From positions 496,001 to 560,000 of the forward strand of contig CT868074.1 of the NCBI GenBank assembly GCA_000165425.1: DNA of 64,000 nt. The letters run 5' to 3'. This DNA comes from Paramecium tetraurelia (taxonomy: Eukaryota). Shown here piece after piece: positions 54,524 to 64,000 of this stretch (its first letter is position 1; every line of letters starts with the position of its first letter). The translations under genes were made by a program, and so were the position numbers. The notes beneath the pieces are model-generated. The model saw nothing but the letters and a program-made list of their open reading frames with translations. It was not told the DNA's origin and did not search any database.

Positions 54524-55521
54524 TCATTCTATTTACTATTCAATTAGGTTGGCATAATTATTTTATTGATCACTTTACCTTCCAATGAAATGCATGGTTT
54601 CATTGTGATGAACGAATGGAGTCTTACATTCCTAAAATTCATTGAAGTAGGATGTATGATCTGAAATAGAATACCACCAAAGACTGTTTGAACATGTGTC
54701 ATCTTCTACCAATCCTTATTAGCAAAGCTTGAAGGAGGTGTTTTCTTCATTATACCACACTTCTTATGGGAGATGGGAGTAATAAAAATTCATTGGAGGT
54801 GTATGAACAACAGTATCTGCATTATGAGTAACTCTCCAATATTCCTTGGGGATTACATAATTAATAAACCAAGTGGCAAATTCTATGTTGCCTACTCTTG
54901 GGGCACCATATGTGAAAAAGTTGTCTACTTAAATTCCGAGCCTTGTGACGTCAACTGCCATCAATGCTGCAATAGCACCTCCTAATGAGTGACCAGTAAT
55001 TAAGACTTTTGATTTGGGATATTTCTATCTGAGTGTTTTAGTGCAATTAATCATTTCATTAGAAATTGCTGTGTAGGTTTCCCAGAATCCAAGATGAACA
55101 GCACAATCTTTACAATCTCCAAATTCTTATTTAAAGAACTTTACATTGTTGATCCAATTGGTCAAATCCTAAGTACCTAATTTGATTCATATATTCAATT
55201 ACTTCTATAAACTAATACAATGTAATTTTCTTTTGGATTATAACCACAATAGGCTTAACTTGAATAATTTCCTGCGAAAGCCTGAACATCGACCATATCA
55301 GGATGTTATTGACAATAATATCCACAATCCCAATTAGCTATTTCCTCAGGATGACATACAGCAATCTTGGTATAATGAAAGAATTGCTAAGCCAAAGAAT
55401 GTGAATATATTTGATTCTCATTAGATTTATGTTTAAAGGCTTTTTCAAATAATTACTCGATAAATCCCTTCTCTGCATAAGAAACGCAAAAGAGAAACAA
55501 CAGTACAAATAAATGTTTCAT
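54524..55521 (-). CDS. Secreted class 3 lipase
   Basis: Signal peptide, VHLGF, ITGHSLGGA, TYGAPRVGN, RVTH.AD.VVH.PP, DHTSY. Confidence 0.93.
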
Positions 55522-55833
55522 TCTAAATATTTAATTTCTTATTAATTGAATACAATAAATTACTATTTTATCACATACTTTAAACAAAATTGCAATAGAA
55601 CTATCAGAAATTCTTATTAAATAAATAGAAAAAGGTTGGATCAAGTCCTCTTTAAATAATTTAGTAGGATATAAACACGTTTCTTCTTAGATCTCATAAT
55701 AAATAAACTTATCACACAGCAGATAAGGCTCATATTGCGCTTAACATAACATTCAAAATTTTAACATTTTCTATATATTTGATTAATAAAATTTGATTAT
55801 GTATTATTTAAATGAATATATTCTTAATTAAAT

Positions 55834-58800
55834 ATGAAGACCACCTTTTTTCATAAAATTAAAAGATTCTTTAGAGGGTATTATTGATCTATAAATTCAT
55901 TAGTTCTCCAACTGAATGGAAAAATCTACCAAAAAGAGTAATACGTCCAGGATTGGCTGATCAACTTATGCCAAATAATAGAGTAATCACTAGCAAATAT
56001 ACTATTTTCACTTTCCTTCCTCTAAACTTGGTGGAATAATTTAGCAAGATGGCTAATATTTATTTCTTGATCGTTGGAATATTATAGATGGTTTTAGATC
56101 TCTCTATCATTAGATTCCTGCAATTACAGTGTCTGATGGGTTACCGACTGAATATACTCCCCTAGTGGTCATAGTAATAGCAACAGCAATCAAAGATCTT
56201 TTGGAAGATTTACAAAGACACAAGGCGGACAGAAAGGAAAACAATACAATAATATCTGGCAAAAAAAGCTAAGATATAAGAGTTGGAGAGTTTATCAGGA
56301 TTAATCCTAATGAGTAGATCCCAGCAGATATTTTATTATTGAATTAAGAATGTTTTGTTGAAACCTCCTAATTGGATGGGGAAACAACTCTTAAACCTAA
56401 GTAGCCAATAACTGAGAATATTGAATATATTGAAGCAGCAGGGCCAAACCCATATTTATATTAGTTTAGTGGTTCCATAAATGGGTAGAAGCCATTAAAC
56501 GAACACAATCTATTACTTAGGGGTTCTTGTTTAAAGAGTCTAGATCCAATTGATGGGATTGTAATCTACACTGGGCATCAGACAAAGATTCTGCTGAATT
56601 CACACAACCCAAGAGGTAAGTCAACAAAGATGTAATAGGTTATGAATAGATTGATTTTATACTTATTTATAGGCTAATGGCTGTTGTGCATTTTCTGTGC
56701 TTCTTATTTTACAGTAGCTCTGAGCATCAAGAAACAAGATTTAGATTATCTTTATTTAAATCAACCTGAAGTTACTTCTTTACTTTACTTTAGTAGTTTT
56801 TTCTAGAGTGTTGGAAATTGGTTTTTGCTTTTTGTAAACTTTGTTCCAATAAGTTTGATGTTGACTTTGGAGATGATCAGATTGTTTTAGGCATATTTTA
56901 TAATAAAAGATCCAGAGATGGGTCCAAATACAAAGGTTTAATCTTCCAATTTAAATGATGATCTCGGACAAATCAATCATATTTTCTCTGATAAAACTGG
57001 TACTTTAACAGCCAATTAGATGACCTTAAGATAATATATATTTAAAAACTAAAATATTGATTTGCAAAGAGAGGATCCTCAATTAATTTTTAATGAGGAG
57101 AACATTATTTATTTACTTCAATTCATACTTTGTAATGATATCAAAGTAAAAAATGGGAATGTACTATCCTCATCAAGTGATGAAATGGCTTTAATCAACT
57201 ATTTCTTAAATCAAGGACTCTAAATATCAGAAGACGGTAAAAATTACCTCATCAATATATAAAATAAAGTGTATTATAGAATTGAAAAGGTCTATCTAAT
57301 ACCTTTTAGTAGCGATAGAAAGCGAATGTCAATCGTGTTAAGATTTTAAGAAAAACTCTACATATTTTGCAAAGGAGCAGACAGTATTATCTTGTAAAGA
57401 ATAAAATCAACTGCAAATCATTAAGATACTATCGTCTCTTTTAGTTAAGCCTATGCTAATCAGGGTTTGAGAGTGCTGTTATTCTCTTTCAAAGAATTAG
57501 AAGAATAGGAATTTGCTGAATGGCTAGAGATATACGAAAAATCTTTAATATAATAGGATGAACGGATGCTGGAATAGTTGCAAAATCAACTTGAAACCAA
57601 TCTTGTTCTTTCAGGGGCAAGTGGTGTTGAGGACATTCTAAGTGAGCATGTTTAAGAGACTATAATCGAACTCTAATATGCTAATATCTAAATATGGATG
57701 ATTACTGGAGACTCTTTTGCTACAGCTAAGGGAGTAGCCAAGAAAATTGGATTGATGAATTCAAGATCGAAATCTATATTAGTTGAACATTAAACAATTA
57801 GTTAAATTGAGAGTTTAGTATTAGAGTCAGAGAAAAATGTTTGCAATTAATATGAAATTAGTTTAGTGATTTTGGGTAAAATCCTAATCGATTATTCGAT
57901 GGAAGATAAGTTTAGATTAATAAAGTTAGCAAAGGAATGTTAATGCGTAATTTTTAGTCGTGTCTCCCCTAAATAGAAGAGAGAAGTAGTAGAATTATTT
58001 TAAAAATGTTTTCCAAAACTTTGCACATTAGCAATAGGAGATGGTGCCAATGATGTTAACATGATAACTGAAGCGAATGTGGGAATAGGAGTTTGTGGTG
58101 TTGAAGGGTTATAGGCTGCAAGAGCATCAGATTATGCGATTCCTCTATTTAAATGTTTATAATAGTTGCTTCTATTTCATGGTAGAGAATGTTATAGAAG
58201 AAATACTTAAGTTGTGACCTACAACTTTTACAAAAATGTATTGTACTTGATACCCTAATTTTGGTTTGGCTTATATAGTCAATTCTCAGCATAATCGATC
58301 TATGATTTTTATGTGTTTCAATGCTACAATTTCATGTTTACCTCATTGCCTATTATCGTCTATGGAGTATTCGATATTAAATTCAATGACACTATGCCTA
58401 ATAAGTATTAATTTGGACAACAAGGGGGGTATTTGAATTTTAAAGTGTTCATCCTATCGTTATTAGAAGGAGTCTATCAAAGTTTGATAGTCTTCTTCTT
58501 TTGTTTCTATTTCTTAAACACATCATCTTCGAATGGATTCGAATATGGATTGTTGGTTCAAGGATAAATAATATTTTTCATTTGCATTTTTGTGGCCAAT
58601 ACCAAAATTCTACTTCTTTCACATTAAATTCAAGTTTTGTAGATTGTCATACAAACACTGTCATATGTATCATATATATGTACGATTTTGATATTCAATA
58701 ATGTGGTCGAATATCAACTCTATGGAGTGCTTTAAGTGATTTTAACATAAGGAATCACTTATATAATAGTTCCACTTGTTTCCTACTTGGCCATTAGTGT

Positions 58801-58897
58801 TATAATATATCAAAAGAAATACTAGTTATTTAAGACCTTACAAAAAGTCTAGGTGTCATAATCAACAGCAATAAATGCCTCGTTGATAACTTTATGA
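55834..58897 (+). CDS. P4-type ATPase (phospholipid flippase)
   Basis: [63 protein letters not shown]. Confidence 0.95.
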
Positions 58898-58934
58898 AGA
58901 TTTTGATTATGCAAAATATATACATATTATCATT

Positions 58935-59368
58935 TCATTTAGATATGAACCCAAAGACTTCTAAATCGGAGTAAGTGATGTATAGGAACCCATCATCTGG
59001 ATCCTTCTTTTTCTAATAAATATCCGCCAACTTGACATCTAAGAATAACATTCAATTCATTACACCTTCAGGCAACAACTAATTTCCTATGTGAAAGTAA
59101 AGAGATTGCTTAGGAGAAATCTATAGAGTGCATTTTAATGTATCTCGAAATTGGATTAACTTAAAACTTTGAGTGACTAAATATCAACATTATAGAGATA
59201 AATGTACAATTAGTTTTTCAAGCCTTAAATTTTAGATCTGGGATGTTTCTCCAAAATGATCGGAATCATTTCTGGGTTCTGATTCAACTTCTCTTTGAAC
59301 TTAACTTGCCTTTCTTAAATTGAATACATTTCTTTAAAATTTTTGTAAGTCTTTTAAGTTTGCTACAT
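58935..59368 (-). CDS. ATG8: ATG8/LC3-family ubiquitin-like protein (first intron acceptor atypical)
   Basis: FKEMYSIQER, PEMIPIILEK, SLYFHI, LADIYQKKKDPDDGFLYITYSDLEVFG followed by a short tail FISK. Confidence 0.85.
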
Positions 59369-59419
59369 ATGAATTATACTTTGGTATTATTATTATTAAT
59401 ATACATAAAATAAAATACA

Positions 59420-61458
59420 TCAACGCTTATATTTTTTACCATCAAATGCTCCTTGGATTTAAGAAAAGGTGGCCTGTTTATCCCATTCCAATAAGATGTA
59501 GTTTTAGTTGCCTACATTCAAGCAATTCAAGATCACATAATTGTGATAAATCAATGCATAATTGTCCACGATATCCAACTTTTATCCTGCATCCTTCTTC
59601 TCTGGTTACAGCATCTTGCTGAATTCTTGCTCCTTCACTTCTTTAGGTGGCACTCCTCTTTGATGAAGCCTTATGAAATGATTACTATGATAATTTAATA
59701 GCAACTCTTACTTAGTAAATAATAACATTCTTTTGCTATCTTTGTTGTCAGTGATTGCTCCTCTTATTGGATCCTTTAGGAGAGAAACATTGAGGGGAGA
59801 ATGCATCATATGCTCCTTGGAATAAGAATTCATTTGCCATAATTATTCTTTGAAATCGTAATTGTAAATTGCAAAAATGTGAGAAGCATAAGTAACTAAT
59901 ATTTTCATGCATTTGCCATTGATTATCAATATATTAGTGACATAATTTTGATTAGATCTACAGTCAATTTACTCAACGGTGTTGTTAATGACATTCACAG
60001 AAACGAACTTTTACAAATAAGGGTAGGTGATAATTAATGTTTTTTTATTGACAAATTTCATTAATTTTGGTTATCCATGAATTAATTAAGCTATAAATTG
60101 AGATTGTCCATTGATTTTATGTTTGAATAGCTTATCATCTTTGTCAATACTATAAAATGTATTCTAAGAGTGATCAAACTCCATACATTTGAAATGTGGA
60201 TAAACTTGATATTTTTTAAATTGCTTATCCACTTCATTCATGATAACAGTCTAGTCACTCTATCCATAACACAATAGGTTTTTAGTCAATTTAATAAAAT
60301 GAGCTGGTTTTTAGAGTTTGAATTCGCACCAATAAATAGGATCAGATTCAATATCATAGGATAACAAATCTATAGAATCATATTTGTTAATTGCAATATA
60401 CTGATGATTACATATGAACTGCTCACTTCTGGGAATGGTGAAAATATGTGTAAACTAATTCTATTAAAGTAGTTAACCATTTAACATCCAATTTATAATA
60501 ACAAATATCAGTATTCAAACCTCCAGATATAAGGATGTTATTCTTAATAATTTCAAAAGCATAAACATCATGGGATTGCCCTCTTATTTGTTAGGTTATT
60601 TGGTATTGTGATCCATTGTATGATAAACAAACTATTTTACTATCTACTCCACTCACATAAACATTATTTAGATTTGGATATAAAGTAAGAATATCTGACA
60701 TGTGTGTTTGTATTTGTTGAATTTCCGTATTAAATTAAGTCTCATAAATAATGATACTGCCATTGGATGATCCAATGAATAGATTATTATTGCAAATACA
60801 TAATTTCCAAGGAATAATAACATTGGCCTTGGCAATTTTGGAACTGCTTATATTGAGTTGCCATGTTTACTGTTGTAGTAATGTCTTTTAAGTTAATTAT
60901 CTGATAGATCCATTAGAGAAAGATGCATAAACATATTCTTTATTGATGGCAATTGATAAACATTGGCAATCTAATTGTTGTGATTGTTGAATTTGATATA
61001 CTTTATTGTTTTAATAATCGAATTTTCTGATTGAACCATCACTACAAGCGCATAAAAAGTATGTGTCAATGGTGGGTATGGATTCATAGATATTAATATT
61101 ATCTGGCAATTAAAAATTATTTAGAGGTTTATAATCGTGAATATTAAACAATGAAATTTGACCACTTAAATATGCACAAATGAAATCTAGATATATTATT
61201 TACATAAGTACGTTCTTCATCAATCCAAAAGAGTGAACGAATTTAACTATTGATGGAACAACAAATTGAAATTTGAGTGTATGTTGGATAAGAATAGATT
61301 TCAATCACTCCATTTTCTTTACCAACCAGCAATAATTGCTAAATAGGATTATTTGAGAGAGCTGTGATGGTGGATGGTAAATATGGAATTTGTTTATGAT
61401 GCAAAGAAACATGAGCCTTTTCATATTACTTTTTAATCTGTGGTTGCTCTATTTACAT
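59420..61458 (-). CDS. UTP4: U3 snoRNA-associated WD40 protein UTP4/cirhin
   Basis: LHHKQIPYLPSTITALS...LLVGKENGVIEIY, ACSDGSIR, GSSNGS, QTHMSDILTL, SGVDSKIV, RGQSHDV. Confidence 0.75.
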
Positions 61459-61485
61459 TATTTTAATTTATATAAAATATATATG

Positions 61486-62595
61486 TCATGGTATTAATGA
61501 CTCATTTAGCAGTTATTATTCTTCCGTTTTAGACTCCTCCTCTTAATTGTCCGTAGCACTTTCTTCAACGAGCATTTGATAAGGGGGCAATGCTGGAGGA
61601 TGTAAAATATAGCTGATTTCCATGTATTAGAGTACAGTGTCACCACCTAAATAGAATTACAATGCTTACGTGTTCCATATGCACAATGATAAGTCGATGA
61701 TTTCTTATCAACATATTCACCTCCGACTTTGACGTAGAAATTACCAGCTCTACTATGCACATCGAATCCTGTGATTCCCTAGGCCAATACATTCTAATGA
61801 GATTCGAAAATAAAAGTAGAAGGAACTTCTCTCTCAAATCTTTGTACTCTTAATTTCATCCTATTTTCATTATCCAAAAATTAATTAAACGCATTGTCTG
61901 AACTACCCAAAGTTCCCATTATAGTAGAGTAATCTGAAGAAATAAAGTAAGCTATTCTAAGAGTATTAATATGACATCTGTCTCTTGTTAAGAATCTTAC
62001 AGCAGTGGCACTTCCTGTTGGTTTACCCAACTATATTTAAATGGTTGTTGTCAATGAGTCGTAGACTTCAATTTCAGCACCTACAATGAATGCCACTACT
62101 CTTGGTGTTGGATACTTCAAGTAATATTAAACCATGAAATCTTGGAATCGAGTTCCAAAACCTTGTCTCAATCTAATCAAATCTTCAAATTAATAGTTAA
62201 CGTATTGCACTTCTGCTTCTGAATCCACGAATGCTACCCATCTTATTCTTAACACTGGAATGATTGCTGGACCATTAATTAAATAGTTTATATAGAACCC
62301 TTTTACAGTCACATCAGAAACAAAAGTCTGATAATTGATATTCCTATTTTTATTCCACTCTATTTCTTCGTGCATCAATAAAACTTATGGGCGTCTATTC
62401 AAATATTTATTATTCTGACCTGCTGAATTATCTTGGAAATTGCACTCGAGTGAACATTTGCAATGGAAAGACAGGTTCAACGAATTTGTTTTGTCTATTG
62501 ATGGTTCTATCAATCCCAGATTGCCATTCTGTATAACCATCATAGCCTAACTATCCCAAAACGCTAACACATAAAATTGCTGCAATTATAAACAT
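61486..62595 (-). CDS. Secreted protein with tandem H-type lectin-like domains
   Basis: Signal peptide; VQFPRQF..PQVLL...VSDVTVKGF....IRWVAF, with two further similar units (PRVVAFIVG; PLFGIRGFD...GDT...MEISYI). Confidence 0.65.
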
Positions 62596-62614
62596 TAATA
62601 TTAAAAAAACGATA

Positions 62615-63226
62615 TCAATTAGATAATAATTCTGCAATCAACTCCACCAAGGCCATTGTGTTTTACATAAAGATATCAAAAATTTCTCGTTTTCTTTACT
62701 ACAACTAATAAAATTCTTCCACCCAGTCTTCGCTTTTAATACATTTAATTAATAACTAAAGTTCTTCCAAATTCATCAATTTCTCCTTGACTTCTTCAGC
62801 ATCCACTTCTACTTAATTTTAATCATAATTGGCTCTTCTTTTCCCGTAGATAAGATGAGTCATCACCTGTTGTAGATCGTACTTATTATGAATCATGGCT
62901 TAAACGACATCCTCTCTTTTATAGCCCTATTCAATCAATTCCAAGACCTTCTTTTTATAGTCTTCAGCATTATCTAATATCATCTCTTATAATTCAATTA
63001 GTTTCGACTTTTTTCGTTCTTTGATTGTTTAGATTATCAGATCTCCCTCTTGTACATCTTAATTAATCAACTATAGTTTTGGTTAAAGAATTCTGTTTTT
63101 ATGAATGTAATTATATTCCTCCTTTGTGTTGCTGATGATGTTATTGAGATCTTCGACGGTGATTTATTGAGGAACTGTAACTTTGAGGTTTTCCCTCGGA
63201 GAAATTTTAACAATAATTTAAATCAT
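62615..63226 (-). CDS. UBL-UBA shuttle protein (RAD23-like, 203 aa)
   Basis: N-terminal ubiquitin-like MIQIIVK...TVEDL...YIHKNRIL...VQEGDLI; UBA-like VLELIEQGYKREDVVQAM...YDLQQVMTHLIYG. Intronless. Confidence 0.7.
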
Positions 63227-63402
63227 TAATAATTTATACGTACGAGGGTGAAATGTAAGTCATATCATATGGTGATTGGTAAATCGAGAAACACTGAGAG
63301 ATCGACTCGTTAAAGGGAAATAGGATGATATCGAAATACTGGATTAAAGATTTGATTAAAGCTTGAATATAAATTAAGTTGCTAACATAATAAATTTTAT
63401 TG

Positions 63403-64000
63403 ATGAAATATTAACAACAAAATGATATCGAGGGTCAGAAGCATTCTCTGTTGAGCGTCGAGGATCTCACTGATTTATTTATCCTTAACAAAATCAACGA
63501 TGGATAAAGTTTAAATTAGGTTAAATCATTTGGAGACGATTATGGTTTGGCTCGTAAACTAAACTCAGACATAAAAGTATGTAAAAGAGTCTAAAAGCTA
63601 TTAGTAAGGACTCAGCACAGAAGCTGATGTGTAAAAGAATAGAGAAAGCTTTGGAGACAACACACCAGTGGAGAAAGAACCAACGACTTTGTGTGAATTG
63701 ATAATGGAATGTTTGGAAGACACCATGCTTCGAATACTGCTATTAGCAGCATTGGTATCAACAGTGATTGGGATAATAAATGAAGGAGTGGCCACAGGAT
63801 GGACAGAAGGGTAAGTTAATTATTTGATCATAATAGGGCGACGATTTTTTTTGCCATATTTTTAATCATTTCAATCACCGCAGGAAATAATTATTTGAAA
63901 GAAAAACAATTCAGATAGTTGAGAAGAAGATTAGATGATGGAAAATGTCAAGTTATCAGAGGAAATAAGGTAACGGAAATTGCAACCAAAGATCTCGTTG
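63403..64000 (+). CDS. Plasma-membrane-type Ca2+-ATPase (PMCA), 5' part
   Basis: GLARKLNSD...RESFGDN...LEDTMLRILLLAALVS...GWTEG...TAGNNYLKEKQFRQL...VIRG...DLV. Two tiny introns. Confidence 0.92.

Noticed and set aside
1..64000. Piezo, polycystin, PMCA, MORN and TMP genes as a calcium/mechanosensing cluster
   Set aside because: They are dispersed among unrelated housekeeping genes and these families are expanded in ciliates, so co-occurrence is plausibly chance.
1..64000. CRISPR arrays, prokaryotic operons or mobile elements
   Set aside because: No regularly spaced direct repeats, transposase or reverse-transcriptase motifs were seen; the sequence is eukaryotic.

Overview
Very AT-rich, gene-dense eukaryotic DNA that reads as a ciliate macronuclear segment, most likely Paramecium. 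TAA/TAG behave as Gln, TGA is the only stop, and genes carry tiny (about 22-33 nt) GT-AG introns. The supplied ORF track, which treats TAA/TAG as stops, therefore shows only fragments and antisense noise. Re-translating by hand with code 6 gives about 30 genes: Piezo (running off the left end), PEX5, a DDB1-like propeller, a TPR+PH protein, a multi-TM protein, a thioesterase pseudogene, galactokinase, two trichocyst matrix proteins, a degenerate kinesin, SF-assemblin, a Cet1-type RNA triphosphatase, C1D/Rrp47, a secreted 8-Cys peptide, a divergent AspRS, a TEY MAP kinase, a TmcB-like membrane protein, a MORN protein, a polycystin-2-like channel with two tandem modules, a CTD phosphatase, a SANT protein, an importin-alpha-like protein, SSNA1, a SILK/RVxF/CaaX micro-protein, a Cache-like sensor, a lipase, a P4-ATPase, ATG8, UTP4, an H-lectin protein, a UBL-UBA protein and the start of a PMCA. 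The most striking oddities are the two-repeat polycystin channel, the AspRS with a remodelled active site, the pseudo-kinesin, an ATGA stop/start overlap, a 10-bp head-to-head spacer and an ATG8 intron that appears to end in TG. All coordinates and family calls come from manual reading; no database searches were run.
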